Below are positions 11,334 to 26,664 of a stretch of DNA of 64,000 nt, one piece after another. The stretch is from Octopus vulgaris (lineage: Eukaryota), in the NCBI GenBank assembly GCA_951406725.2, contig OX597831.1:22630001-22694000 (forward strand), written 5' to 3'. A program made the position numbers and the translations under genes. Below the pieces are notes generated by a model. It was given only the letters and a program-made list of their open reading frames with translations. It had not been told where the DNA came from and did no database searches. Numbering within the stretch: position 1 is the first letter of the stretch; each line of letters begins with the position of its first letter.

Positions 11334-12117
11334 ATTATTGTTATTACTATCATCTTCACCACCATCACCATCATCAGCAACATCACCATCACCATCATCA
11401 TCTTCAATGACATTGTTTTATGTGTAGCCACAGCCACCATCAACACTCCATTGTGTTGGAGAATGGGTGGTTAAAGAATTCATGTTCTTTGGGTCTATAA
11501 ATAGCCACGGTAGATGGTGGAGACAAAGGACGTTAATGGTCAGTAAAAGGTCAAACCTGTTTACGTTTATTTATTTATTTATTTTTTTTTTCCTTTCTCT
11601 TTTCTTCTTCACCACATGCATATGTATATGTATATATATGTATATTCACTCACACATATTATCTGATGTTTTCGTCGAAGATTTTTTTTTCTTTTTTTAA
11701 ATAACTTTCTGAGTTCAATGTTATGTATATATTTTTAAATTTCTGAATTCAGTTGTATGTATATAGTAGTAGGTGCTTAATTCCATAACTTTTTATCGTG
11801 CATTTAATTGTGTTGTTACAATAAAAGGTAATTTAAAAGGCAATTTTACACATTCTTATAGTCATGAGAGACGACTAAATGTAAATGTTCACACAGAATT
11901 GGAGATATTTATGTTTCTAATTTTTCTTGTTAGGTGTACGTTTGTATGAGCTGTAGATATGTAAGTTTTTTTTTACTTATTTTGAGGGTAATTCAAATTA
12001 CTTACAGTAAACAGTAGATCTTCCAGTTTTCTACAGTTGACCTGCTGGGTTCGCTGTTGCCAGTTCAGAGCATCGTAAAAATACGTCCATCCTCTGTCAC
12101 GTCCAGCCGCCTTCCTC

Positions 12118-12208
<91 letters not shown>

Positions 12209-12209
<1 letters not shown>

Positions 12210-12384
12210 GAGTGAGAGAGCAGTGCATGCCATCAAGGTGACACTGGGGTAAAATATACGAAGCTTAGTATACCCGTCATGACTACCCGTCTCATAAGGG
12301 TACACCAAGGCACATGCATCACAACCATGTGTGCGCGACATGGTGATCTCATATCAAGATAAACAGCGCATGTCCTTGCAATTA

Positions 12385-12428
<44 letters not shown>

Positions 12429-12593
12429 GAGTGAGAGAGCAGAGCATGCCATCAAAGTGACACTGGGGTAAAATATACGAAGCCCAATATACCCATCATG
12501 ACTACCCGTCTGATAAGGGCACACCAGGCACATGCATCACAACCATATGTGCGCGACATGGTGATCTCATATCAAGATAAACAGCACATGACC

Positions 12594-12595
<2 letters not shown>
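12209..12595 (-). mobile_element. Two tandem ~170-bp 5'-truncated copies of a (TAA)n-tailed element (family D), each bounded by (TAA)n
   Basis: 12209-12381 and 12429-12595 are near-identical to each other and to the 3' end of 44240-44606. Confidence 0.85.
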
Positions 12596-12673
<78 letters not shown>

Positions 12674-12724
12674 CAGTAGTAGTAGTAGTAGTGTCGGTGG
12701 CGGCATCACCGTCGTCATCATCAC

Positions 12725-12801
<77 letters not shown>

Positions 12802-13140
12802 TAGCTATTGTTGCAATTGTTTCGATTTGTCGTATGACATTTCCAAGGCACTACTGAACCTATAGAAATCGAAGTCTCCATAACGATTCCGGTTTCCATA
12901 TCAATTTTCTGAACGCGAACCTAAGGGATATCACATTTACCTCTCAGCTAGGGTGGAGTGGGAGCTAAAAAAAAAAACGATACCAGTAATATAATGGGGT
13001 AGAATCATTAAGCTATATCTCTCTCTGAAATGAACGCGTTGTTTCTGTTTAACCCTAGGTCAGCCACAACTGAGTTGATCTATGATCCAAGTTAGTCCAA
13101 CTATGACCTTCCTGCATGCTGTTTTTGAAACAGTAGAGAT

Positions 13141-13261
13141 AGTTCCGGGTTCAGTCCTACTGCGTGGCACCTTGGGCAAGTGTCTTCTACTATAGCCTCG
13201 AACCGACCAAAGCCTTGCGAGTGGGATTTGGTAGACAGAAACTGAAAGAAGCCCGTCTTAA

Positions 13262-13297
<36 letters not shown>

Positions 13298-13543
13298 ATG
13301 AGTGTGTGTCTTTGTGTCTGTATTTGTACCCCTCCCCATCATCACTTGACAACCGATGTTGGTGTGTTTTCGTCCCTGTAGCTTAATGGTTCCTCAAAAG
13401 GACACAATAGAATAAGTACTAAGCTTACAAAGAATTAGTGCTGGGGTCGATTCCTTCGACTAAAACACCCTTTAAGGCAGTGATCCAGCATGGCCGCAGT
13501 CAAATGACTGAAGGATGTAAAAGAAAAAGAAAAAGAAAAAGAA
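13141..13543 (+). mobile_element. SINE family A
   Basis: gttccgggttcagtcc..cagcatggccgcagtcaaatgactgaa. Confidence 0.85.
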
Positions 13544-14106
13544 ATGCGAGAACACACATATTTATGCAACAATGGCGTCGTTTTATCATTATAAACTATT
13601 GTTGTTGTTTTTGTTGCTGTAGTCGTTGTGGACTGAGAGCGATTTAGCTGCTGTTTCTAGTAGATCCAGTGACCACGTAGCAGGTCCGTTATTGAATCAA
13701 CCCTGCACTCGCGTAAAGTAGGTATCACACCATAAAAGTGATAATCACACCATTGAATATTACTATTTAATTAGATGATTTCTTTCGTCATTACATCAAA
13801 AATGATGTCATAAACTTATCTGTTAGCTTTTATATGGATGACGTCACTGAGAAATTTCTGAGAGTCATTATGATAATTCTTGACTTCTTCTCAATTACCT
13901 TAATGTATTTCAACGCAGTAATCCTTTTCTCACTCATCTGTAAATGTTGGAAAAGGGTCTTGGTCATTGACCCCGTCTAATAACACCAAAACATTAGTGG
14001 ATTTTTTTGCCCCTGAATATCAAAATGGTTTTATAATTAATTATTAATTATTAATAATTAGTTTCGATTTTGTGCCCCCATTTAGTTACATAAAGAACAA
14101 CAGTAT

Positions 14107-14270
14107 ATATTTCTTTATTGCCCACAAGGGGCTAAACATAGAGGGGACAAACAAGGACAGACAAAGGGATTAAGTCAATTACATCGACCCCAGTGCGTAA
14201 CTGGTACTTTATTTATCGACTCAGAAAGGATGAAAGGCAAAGTCGACCTCGGCGGAATTTGAACTCAGAA
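14107..14270 (-). mobile_element. SINE family B (head truncated)
   Basis: Matches core and tail of other B copies. Confidence 0.85.
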
Positions 14271-16820
14271 AAACAGTACTAATTTAACTAGTATTTCACC
14301 GTGATTTGCAGCATTTACGTTCAGGCGCGGTAAATCATAAAGTTAGCGGGATGGGTAGACAAAAGAGAAAGTAGTAGAGGACCAGGAGACAACCAGAAGA
14401 TATGAACAAGGGTCATGTTAATAAGTCAACATAGACAACAGTAAAAAATCCCGCTCTGATCGATGGCGATGACCACCACGAAGATTCACTCACTTGGATC
14501 GAACTTTCGTAAATAGATTGATCTCTCAAGCGAGGAAGACCTAAGTAATAAAGCCAGTTGCAGTTTATTGGTTTCATGAATTCGAAATCAATAAATTGCA
14601 TACAAAGTACTGCAAACCGAATGATGGAACATGCAAAATGTCAGAGAAGCAATTAATGTTCTTTTTTAATTACCTAAAAGGTTATTAATAATTTTTCGTA
14701 GATTAAAACTGTTGTTGCATCTTTTTCGAAATTGTTTTAATGTTATTTTATTATTTTCATTATTTTTCTTCCTCTTCTGTCTCTTTCATTTCTTCCCCCT
14801 TCTTCTTCTTTTCATTCAAATAAACCACAAATTCCAATTTCACAGGCAAAAATAGAAACCTCGTTTAGTGATACTTTTGTTGGAATTAATTAAACTGACA
14901 TTAGATGCTTAATTCTCAGCCTCATTTAGTAAATTTGGGGTTAAACCATTAATTTAGGCAATATTATAATTGCTAAATTACAATATGCAGGAGCGTAGCG
15001 TAGTAGTTAGAATGTGATACTTAGAATGTGATACGGTTATCAGTTCGATTCCTAGGCCAGGAGATATTCTGGGTCTTTGAGCAAGCTACTTTTCAGATGC
15101 TACATTCACAAAATGAAAGAGTAAGGTTTAGTAATTAGAATGTTACACTCGGGATCATAGAGTCAAAATTTTGATGCCTGGGCCAGGAGGAGAAAACTGC
15201 TTCCTGGGTCAGCGCCCTTTATTTCACGCTGTTCTGTCTCTCTCCCATTCAGCTAATAATGAACATCAGCAAGGAAATGGTGCAACCCCAACTCTCCTCC
15301 TCTGTCTGTCTGTCTGTCTGTCTCCGTCTCTCTCACGCACGCATTAGATATCAAAACTTGAATGTTTCGCTATGTAAAAAACGGAAGAGCATAGGTGTCT
15401 GTGTTTGCTTGTAACTACATGCACACTAGGAAAAATTCGTACACGTTACCAAATCATAGTCACTTGCCAGTGACAATTATGCTCTTCTTTGACATAAGAA
15501 TAATGAATTTGTACTCTACGAAAGTACAGAGTAACCCATCGGATTAATGTAAAATTGTTTTTGTTATAAGTGAACATAAAAACAAACACGCACACACAGA
15601 GACATATACATAAATTATATGTGTGTGTTTGTATGTGCGTATGTGTGTGTGTGTGTGTGTGTGTGTCTAGGTATGTTTACGACGGTCTCCTTTCAGTTTC
15701 CGTCTACCAAATGCACTCACAAGCTATAAAGGACAATAGAAGAGAAAGACAGGGACATGAAGATGAGAGAGTAGATAAAGACTAACTTCCATAACATGTA
15801 ATAAAACATTGCGATTTTAAAAGTTAGAGGAAGATATATAGAAAGGAATAACGAAAGCCAATGTGAGCAGGGAAGGCGGGATACTAAGCGGTAAGGTATG
15901 AAGAAAACCATATGTATAATTGCAACGTCAAGTGAGGCGAGAGTGCATTAAAATTATCAGACAGCCAACAGGGGCGTGTGTTTGGTTGAGGGTTTGAGGG
16001 TTGCAGACAAAGATAAAGAAAGTTCACTAACAATTGCGGTTTGGCATGGTGGTCCAAGCAAAGAGTATGTTTGAGGTGAAAGGAAGGGTTATATTAAGTG
16101 TCAAGATGTGGAGCTGAAGAAGAGGTGAGACGTAAATCGAGAACAAGGTTAAAAAGGCAACGAAGCTAATATGGGGGTTCTTGTAGGTGGAATGATGATA
16201 ACTAGGAAGAGGTTGTGTTTTAATAGTCGGTTCAGTAATAAGTGGGAATTTATTGACTATTTAATCTCATAATACTCAATGATAAGGATACACACGTACA
16301 CATGCATACATACATACACACTCACACATATACACACATACATACATATGTATATATACGTACACATACACATATAAAAATACACATACATACATACACA
16401 TACATACACATATACACACACACACATATATACACATACATACATACATACATATACACACATATACACACATACATACATATACACACATACACACATA
16501 CATACATGTACACACATACGTACACAGACATGCATACATATACACAGACATACACACACGTACATACATATACACACATACGTACACACAGACATACACA
16601 CACGCATACACACACATACATATACACACGCATACACACACGTACATATACACATACATACATAGACATATACATATATATACATACATACACACACATA
16701 CATACATACATAAACACACATACACACAGGTACATACACACAAACATACATACATACATACATACATACATACATACATACATACATACATACATACATA
16801 CATACATACATACATACATA

Positions 16821-17155
16821 CCTGATATAATTATTTGGGATAGAGAAAAGAAACTGTTCACAGTTATGGAAATTAGCTGCCTAGCGGATGTTAACATAAA
16901 GCTGGAGATCAGTGAAAAAGAGTATACGTATGCTGAACTATTGAGAAATCTGCAGTAACTCTTTCCAGATCACTACAAGTTCAGGTTTATACCTGTATTT
17001 TGGGGGGCTCAGGGATATGTAATACACTGCCTAAATACCAATCTTGAGAAATTAGGCTTCTCAAAATTAGAAACAAGAAAGCTAATTCGAGGACTACTGA
17101 TCAAGTCCATCACTGGAACTATAAAAATCTGCAAAACATTACAGAAGTTTATCAT
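16821..17155 (+). pseudogene. 5'-truncated RLE-type non-LTR retrotransposon C-terminus flanked by (CATA)n
   Basis: PDIIIWDREKKLFTVMEISCLADVNIKLEISEKEYTYAELLRNLQ*LFPDHYKFRFIP..GAQGYV..: PD..E..D..K..Y endonuclease layout; begins right after (CATA)n. Confidence 0.8.
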
Positions 17156-17231
17156 TTAGATTTATATATGAGCATGTCTAGATATGCAACTATATGCATG
17201 AGAATGCATACATAAAACATACAAATCTGCA

Positions 17232-18318
17232 CATACATACATACATACATACATACATACATACATACATACATACATACATACATACATACATACATAC
17301 ATACATACATACATGCATACATGCATGCATGCATACATACATACATACATACATACATACATACATACATCCATCCATCCATCCATCCATACATACATAC
17401 ATACATACATACATACATCCATCCATCCATCCATCCATCCATCCATACATACATACATACATACATACATACATACATACATACATACATACATACATCC
17501 ATCCATCCATCCATCCATACATACATACATACATACATGCATGCATGCATACATACATACATACATACATACATACATACATGCATGCATGCATGCATAC
17601 ATACATACATACATACATACATACATACATACATACATGCATGCATGCATGCATGCATGCATACATACATACATACATACATACATACATACATACATCC
17701 ATCCATCCATCCATCCATCCATACATACATACATACATACATACATACATACATCCATCCATCCATCCATCCATCCATCCATACATACATACATACATAC
17801 ATACATACATGCATGCATGCATGCATGCATACATACATCCATCCATCCATCCATCCATCCATCCATACATACATGCATGCATGCATGCATTCATGCATGC
17901 ATACATACATACATACATACATACATACATACATGCATGCATGCATGCATGCATGCATGCATGCATGCATACATACATGCATACATACATACATACATAC
18001 ATACATACATACATACATACATACATACATCCATCCATCCATACATACATACATCCATCCATCCATCCATCCATACATGCATGCATGCATGCATGCATGC
18101 ATGCATGCATGCATGCATACATACATACATACATACATACATACATACATACATACATACATACATGCATACATACATACATACATACATACATACATGC
18201 ATGCATGCATGCATGCATGCATGCATGCATACATACATACATACATACATACATACATACATACATACATACATACATACATACATACATACATACATAC
18301 ATAAATACATACATACAT
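17232..18318. repeat. ~1.1-kb (CATA)n array with interspersed (CATG)n and (CATC)n blocks
   Basis: Direct reading. Confidence 0.97.
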
Positions 18319-18480
18319 ATAAACAAAAATACCCTGTTTTTGATGTTGAAATTCCAATGAAGGAACCTTGAATCGAGGTTAGAAACCGGTTCTTTCTCTA
18401 TTGGTAAGGAATCTTGGAATAAAACTGGATAATGACATATATACATGTGTGTATGGGGCGGGCGCGTGGGCGGGCGGGCG

Positions 18481-18730
18481 TGGAGGCGCATGGCTTCGTG
18501 GTTAGGGTGTTGCTTTTATGAGCATAAGACTATGGTTTCAATTCCTGGATTGGGTAATGTGTTGTGTTTTTGCGCAAAATACTTCATTTCACGTTGCTAC
18601 AGCCTGGTCTGCTGGTGAAAATGACTAATTTTGCAATGTACCGGCGTTCGGTCCCGGGAAGAGTATATACTCCAGAGAAACCGGGAAATCGGCCCTATGC
18701 TCCTTATGCTCCTTAAGGAGCATAGGGCCG
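18481..18730 (+). mobile_element. tRNA-like SINE family C (diverged)
   Basis: GGAGGCGCATGGC..GTGGTTAGGG..GGTTTCAATTCC head; AGAAACCGGGAAA..GGCCC tail as in 53459-53700. Confidence 0.65.
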
Positions 18731-19085
18731 ATTTGTTTCAGTCATTTGACTGCGGCCATGCTAGAGCACCGCCTTTAGTCGAACAAATCGACACCAAGAC
18801 TTATTCTTTGTAAGCCTAGTACTTACTTATTCTATCGGTCTCTTTTGCCGAACCGCTAAGTTACGGGGACGTAAGCACACCAGCATCGGTTGTCAAGCGA
18901 TGTTGGGGAGACAAACACAGACATACAAACATAAATATGCATACATATATACGACGGGCTTCTTTCAGTTTCCGCCTATCAAATCCACTCACAACGCTTT
19001 GGTCGGCCCGAGACTATAGTAGAAGACACTTGCCCAAGGTGCCACGCAGTGGGACTGAACATGTAACCATGTGGTTGGTAAGCGA
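18731..19085 (-). mobile_element. SINE family A
   Basis: Matches consensus of other copies. Confidence 0.9.
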
Positions 19086-20534
19086 CTAACCATACCTATA
19101 CATACACAGACACATACACACACGCACGTATACACACATACGCATATACACACATACGCACATACACACACATGCACACACATACACAGATACAAACATA
19201 GACACACATACACACATACACATATACATACACATATACACACACATACACACACACACTTATACAAAAACACAAGCATACAGACAGACACGTGTACACA
19301 CACACATAGACACACGCACGCACACACATACACACACACGCACAGAGACAAGTAAGTACATAAGTGCAAAATAAGATGGAAAAATAATAATCTAATATCA
19401 ACGATAAACTATTATCTATTAAAACTGAGGAAAACCTCACGTGACCATTTATCAGTTCACACACACATACACAAGCACACATACACACACACAAGCACAC
19501 ATACACACACACAAGCACACATACACACACACACACACGCAAACATTTACACACATGAAAGAAAAATTGCGCTTTTCAAAATAATTAAGGAATACCCATG
19601 GATTTAAAATGGCGCAGTATATAAGGGTAACCTTGTTCAATTGTTCTGACATAACCATTAGAGACATTCAGCCGTTTTCAGTCAACGAGGAGGAGAGACG
19701 GCCGTGTGCAGAATGCAACGTATGGATTAGAGAGTTGTGTAAAGGATGTGTTGCGAAAGAGGGAGGTGTGAGAATAATGAATACCAGAGAGAGAGGTGGG
19801 TACACTATTCAATGAAGCTCCATTGAAGCCAGTTATTTGCTTGTTTATATTAATGCTAAAGGCACTTTGGAATCATCCTGTATGGCTTGTGGTTAGAGAA
19901 ATGTAGGACTCACCAATATAACCACAGGCTATCTATTTAAAGCTCGTCGATTGATCAATATTTAACAGAGATCCCATGCGTTCGTTCTACAAATCGTAAG
20001 ATAATCAACTGATCAATACTTCAGCTAAGGGAAACACCGTTAGTGACTTGCTGATAGAATTAACAATGACTTATTAATTATGAATATGTGTGCCAATTAA
20101 AAAAGCCTTAATGTGATCGATCTTCTCGACGATAGCCTTAACCTGCATGATACGGCATTAACATTTCCCTGAAATTATGTGGAGCGAATCAGAGCATGAT
20201 ACAGAACCCAGATACATTAACAATTGAATAAAAGTGAATTGAATGATTCTCAGTGAAATGACTTTGGGTTAAAGGGCTGACGTTAGAATAAAAAAAAAAA
20301 TCAGCAGTTTCAGAAAAAAATCCCCAGAAAATATCGAAATGAAAGGCAAGAAAAATAATGTTGGCTAATAAAGACATCAATGAATAAACAAAATATCATT
20401 TTTGTCAACAAAATAACACGTATAAACGTACAATAGTTAATAGTAGATGGTCAAATTCCGGCTGAGTGCCCTAGCATTGAGCTAAACGACCCCTGACATA
20501 TCATATATATATATATGATATATGATATAATATG

Positions 20535-20607
<73 letters not shown>

Positions 20608-20679
20608 ACATATGAATGTATGTATATATTTAGATATGTGCCTATGTATATATATATGTGTGTGTGAATATATATGTAC

Positions 20680-20811
<132 letters not shown>

Positions 20812-21154
20812 GCATATACATGAGTACATATTTATGCAAATATATATGTATTGGTACATATATGTATGAATGTACGTATGTATGTATGAATGAATGTATA
20901 TATCCAGACATTTAACCGCCAACGTAGGTATGTAACGCAGTTCCTTCACAGACAAAATCTATACATAATAATTTATAAATATTCAAAAGAAAATTATTTC
21001 TAATTCATTATAAGAAAATGCTAATTTAATGGATGAAACATACGCCATACTTCGGTTAACTAGCTCATATTTTGGTCTCAGACAAGTACAATTCAACATG
21101 TTTTTCAGCATCAAATTATTCACATAAACTATATATATATATATACATATATAG

Positions 21155-21270
<116 letters not shown>

Positions 21271-21550
21271 TGAATGATGATGCTATAAAGGTCGTGTGTG
21301 ATAATTATGTTTCCGAAAGTGTTACCTGCGATGTCATTGACGTCGAATGAATTCTGTATTTTCGTTAGAAAGCACAGTGTGTGGGCGAACATGAGAGAGA
21401 GAGAAATGTCTGAAAGGAAATCAAGAAAAGTTGAAATCCAAAAAGAAGAAATGGAAAACGTTGTTTGTTGAATATTTTAGAAATTTGTTGCAGGTGAATG
21501 AACTTATAAACGTCTCTCCGAGTTTTAACATATACGTATGTAGATATTTT

Positions 21551-21592
<42 letters not shown>

Positions 21593-21674
21593 CACACATA
21601 AATACATACATATATTTATATAACCTTGCTTGGAAATGGATGCGTGGGTTCAATCATATAATAATATAAATAAT

Positions 21675-21733
<59 letters not shown>

Positions 21734-22640
21734 TAATACATATATGAACATACTTACACATATATGCATATATGTATATATATATGCATATGTGGGTACA
21801 GGACATCACAGGACGTAAACATGAAATACAAAGTACGAAAACAAGGAATACGAATTTTTTTTATACGAACGACGAAAGAAACAAATGGAAAACAAGGAAA
21901 GTAACATAAAGAATAAACCTTCATCAGTTGTCGCCAGTTTTTGTACTCCACATTTCGTGCAATTCACGACAAGCTGTGCCTTCGTGAAAACAGTTGCTCC
22001 CGCGAACCAAAATGAAATTTGGGATTTGCATAGGGTCAAAGTTGGTAACGAAAACAGGACAGTGGAAATAAAACAGTGAAAACAAACAGTGAGAGCTGGT
22101 GAGCCATACGAGGTAAGGTGGCTAACGCTGGAGGAAGAGGCTTTGACAGGAGAAAAGATAAGATAGGCGGCAGACAAGAATGTGTCTGGTCTGTGACACA
22201 AACCGAAAGAAAAGAAAGATGATCAAGGTGATATATACCTGTTTCTCATTACGCATGTAACCTTCTGCTCTTAAGCTTAACTAAAGCATATTGTAACTAA
22301 AATACATTGAGGTGGAATGAGGAATGGCAAGCAATAGATTAAGTTGCTAGACTGGGGATCCAAACGTGGTTGACATCTGACGAAGGATAATGGCTTCTGG
22401 TTTCGGTACAAGGCCAGGAATTTTGAGTCGAGGTGTTCATCGATTCGACCGGCCCCTGTACTCGATTGATACTTTATTTCATCGACTCCGATAGGATAAA
22501 AAAAACAACACTGATCTCATTGGAATTTGAAACCAGAACGCAATGAGTCGGAAAAAATACAGCAGGACATTTTCTCCGATATTCTAATAACATACAAAAT
22601 GGCAACAATTACAACAAAATGCTGGCTTCAAAGATTGGTT

Positions 22641-22863
22641 TATTCTTTTATTTGTTTCATTCATTTGACAGCGGCCGTGCTGGAGCACCGCCTTTAGTCG
22701 AAAAAGTCGACCCCAGCACTTATTCTTTGTAAGCCCAGTACTTATTCTATCGAGCTCTCACGCTGAACCGCTAATTGACGGGGACGTAAACACACCAGCA
22801 TCGGTTGTCAATCGATGTTGAGGGAACAAACACTCACACAAACATATACATACGCGCACACAC

Positions 22864-22900
<37 letters not shown>

Positions 22901-23070
22901 CATATACGACGGGCTTCTTTCAGTTTCCGTATACCAAATTCACTCACAAGGCTTTGGTCGGCCCGAGGTTATAGTAGAAGACACTTGCCCAAGGTGCCAC
23001 GCAGTGGGACTGAACCTGGAACCATGTGGTTGGTAAGCAAGATACTTACCACACAGCCACTCCTGCGCCT
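22641..23070 (-). mobile_element. SINE family A, full length
   Basis: Head AGGCGCAGGAGTGGCTGTGTGGTAAG through to tail. Confidence 0.9.
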
Positions 23071-24610
23071 ATTGAAGCTCAATAATTTCAGAGAAAGGCC
23101 GCTAGTCGATTATATCGACCCCAGTGCTCAAACCGGTTCTAGTTTTATTTGCTTCAAGAAAACGAAAAGCAAATCAACATGCTCCTGTTAAGCTTAAGAG
23201 CAAAAATGTTGCTTGTTTTAATAAGAAACGGGATTATCTCATCTGAAGAAATGCTTCTACACTGCGGGGTGCATTGGAATTCATTGCATAGTTTCCCACC
23301 CGAGAGAGAGCGGTGCAGGATGTGTCAAAACGATCGTTGTGGTGAATAAAGTTTCTAGTTTATACGGCGGAATTTGAAGTGAGAACGTTAAAGACGGACG
23401 AAATGGCGCTAGGCATTCTGCCTGGTCGCAACCCTAACAGCAACAAAAAATATTAATAACTGTAATAAATGACGAGCTCACAGACTGCTGCTGCTGCTGC
23501 TGCCAAGACCACCACCGCCGCCGCCGCCACCACCACCACCACCATCGTCGTCGTCGTCGTTATCGACCTTTTTTTTTTGACAGACGATATAAAAATTGGA
23601 AAACAAATGTAAAATAGCAAGAACAACAACAACAACAACAACAACAACGACAACATCAACAACGACGACGACGGCGACGATGATAAAAGCAACAACAACA
23701 GCAACAACCACAACAGCCACAACCAGAACAACAATAATATCAACAACGTAAACAATAACAACATCATTATTTACAAGGCAATCAATGAGTGATGCACTGA
23801 TTATATTAGTTTTACACAGCAAATGCATCGAACTGCAGAAGAAGACACCGATTTGTAGTAATTACTGATATAATATAAGGGAATTAGAGTGGTAGGAGTG
23901 AGAGGGGGAGGGGGAGAAAGAGGAGGAAAGGCGGGGGACGAGAGTGACGGACATAAACTTGACAGACATTGGAAAGGAGAAAGAGAAAGAGAAAGTAAGA
24001 GAGGGAGAGAGAAAGAAAGGGGGAGAGAGGAAGAGAGAGAAATAGAAAGTAAGAGAGAGAGAGAGAGAGAGAGGGGAGAGAGAGGGAGAGAAAGAAAAAG
24101 TAAGAGGGAGAGAGATAAAGAAAGGGAAAGAGAGAGAGAGAAAGAGAAAGAAAGACTGACATTAGAAAACAAAGATAAAGAATTTGAGGAAGAGTCGGAC
24201 AGACGGAGAAATAGAGAGATAGAATGAGAGAGGGAAGAGAGAGAGAGAAATAGAATGAGAGAGGGAAGAGAGAGAGAAAGAGAAATAGAATGACAGAGGG
24301 AAGAGAGAGAGAGATAATGTGAAGCGAGAACTGGAGTAAAAGGGGGCAGAGAGAGACAGATAAAAAGATGGAAAGACGCAGAGATGTGATAGCAAAAGAG
24401 AGAGAAGCAGTCATGCAGTGGCAAACAAGGGAAGCGGAAAGAAAAAGTGAGTCAGAGAGGAAGAAAAGCAGAGGGAAGATAGAGATAGATGGAGAGATAG
24501 AAGGAACATTAGGAAGTGAAAGAGATGGAGACAGAGAGAACAAAAAGAACAGAGAGAGGTAGAGAGCGGAAAGTGAAACTAACAGAAGGAAGCGAAACAG
24601 ACAGGCAGAG

Positions 24611-25241
24611 GAAGGGTGATACAGAAAGTGAAAGTGAAAGTAAAAGTGAAAGACAAACGGGATAGAAAGTAATGAAAGAGAGAGAAACAGATAGAGCGAG
24701 AGATAAGTGGAGAGAAGAGAGATAGAAAGTGAAACGAGAGAGAGAGAAGAGTAATACAGAAAGTGAAAGTGAAAGTAAAAGTGAAAGACAAACGGGATAG
24801 AAAGTAATGAAAGAGAGAGAAACAGATAGAGAGAGAGATAAGCGGAGAGAAGAGAGATATAGAATGAGAAAGAGAGAGAGAGAAGGGTGATACAGAAAGT
24901 GAAAGTGAAAGACAAACGGGATAGAAAGTAATGAAAGAGAGAGAAACAGATAGAGCGAGAGATAAGTGGAGAGAAGAGAGATATAGAATGAGAAAGAGAG
25001 AGAGAAGGGTGATACAGGAAGTGAAAGTGAAAGACAAACGGGATAGAAAGTAATGAAAGAGAGAGAAACAGATAGAGCGAGAGATAAGTGGAGAGAAGAG
25101 AGATATAGAATGAGAAAGAGAGAGAGAAGGGTGATACAGAAAGTGAAAGTGAAAGTAAAAAGTGAGACAAACGGGATAGAAAGTAATGAAAGAGAGAGAA
25201 ACAGATAGAGCGAGAGATAAGTGGAGAGAAGAGAGATAGAG

Positions 25242-25250
<9 letters not shown>
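24611..25250. repeat. Purine-rich tandem repeat, ~5 units of ~120-135 bp, inside a ~2-kb GA-rich tract
   Basis: Recurring GACAAACGGGATAGAAAGTAATGAAAGAGAGAGAAACAGATAGAG. Confidence 0.9.
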
Positions 25251-25289
<39 letters not shown>

Positions 25290-25970
25290 TGAGAGAGGGA
25301 GAGATAGACACCAGCTGACAGTGCAGGAGAGATATAGCAGGGCAAGGGAGAGATAGAAATAGAAAGTGGGCCCAATATGAGGAATAGAGGAGTTAGAAAG
25401 TGCGACAACCGAGGAAGGGGGGATAAAGAGAAGAGGAGTGATAGAGGTATAGAGTGAGAAAGAAAGCAATGGAGAGGGGAAAGAAAGGGAGAGATAAGAA
25501 AGCAAGAAAAAAGAAGAGAAAGGAAAAATGAAAGGGAAGGAGGAGGAAGAGGGCGAGAAGAAGAAGAAGAAAAAGAAGAAGAAGAAGGAGGAGGAGGAGG
25601 AGGAGGAGAAGAAGAAGAAGAAGAAGAAGAAGAAGAAGAAGAAGAAGAAGAAGAAGAAGAAGAAGAAGAAGAAATAAAGGCAGAAAGAAAATATGTAAGG
25701 CTCAGAAAGGGAGGAGAAAGTGCGAGAGATAGGTGAGAGAGAGAGAGGGGAATAGAGAGAGAAAGAGAGAGAGAGTCAAAGAGAGAGATGCGAGAAAGAT
25801 AGGGAGCGAGAGAGAGAGAGGTGAGAAAGATAGGGAGAGAGAGAGAGCAGTGAGAGAGAAAGCGAAAAAGAACTAAAGAGAAATAAATGGAAGTTGAAAG
25901 ACCAAAAGAGAAATGTGAGGAAGAAGGACAAAAACAAGAAAGATATGATAGAAAACGAGGACGGGAAAGA

Positions 25971-26025
<55 letters not shown>

Positions 26026-26393
26026 TGGAGGGAAGTGATAATGGGAGATGGAAGGAGACAATGGGGTGTTACCAAAACCACCGCCGCCATCCTCCACCCA
26101 CCACCGCCGCCGCTTCCACTGTCACCACCAGCAACAACTTCACCGCCACGACCACCACAAAAACCGCCACCGCCAGCATCACCACCATCACACCACCACC
26201 AACACCAATGCCCCACCGCTAAGCATATCTCCTCTGCTTTTTTACTGGTTTATCTAATTAACATTGTATTTTTGAGTTGATTTTGTACAGAACTAATTAA
26301 AAAAGCATATAAACATGGACACAAACACACACACACACATACACACAAACACACAAGAATACATCAACACACACACACAAATATATATATATA

Positions 26394-26433
<40 letters not shown>

Positions 26434-26496
26434 CACACACACACACACATATATATGTACATACATCTGTGTATACAATATTTATATATACATATA

Positions 26497-26568
<72 letters not shown>

Positions 26569-26606
26569 TATGTACATATATCTGTGTATACATTATTTAT
26601 ACATAC

Positions 26607-26664
<58 letters not shown>

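Noticed and set aside
18350-18400. AACCTT..GAGGTT-AGAAACCGGTT hammerhead-like motif
   Set aside because: 5' core reads ATGAAGG and stem I is unconvincing
23230-23297. CTGAAGA-AATGC..GCATT-GGAA hammerhead-like motif
   Set aside because: GAAA mutated, stems I and III poorly paired; could be chance
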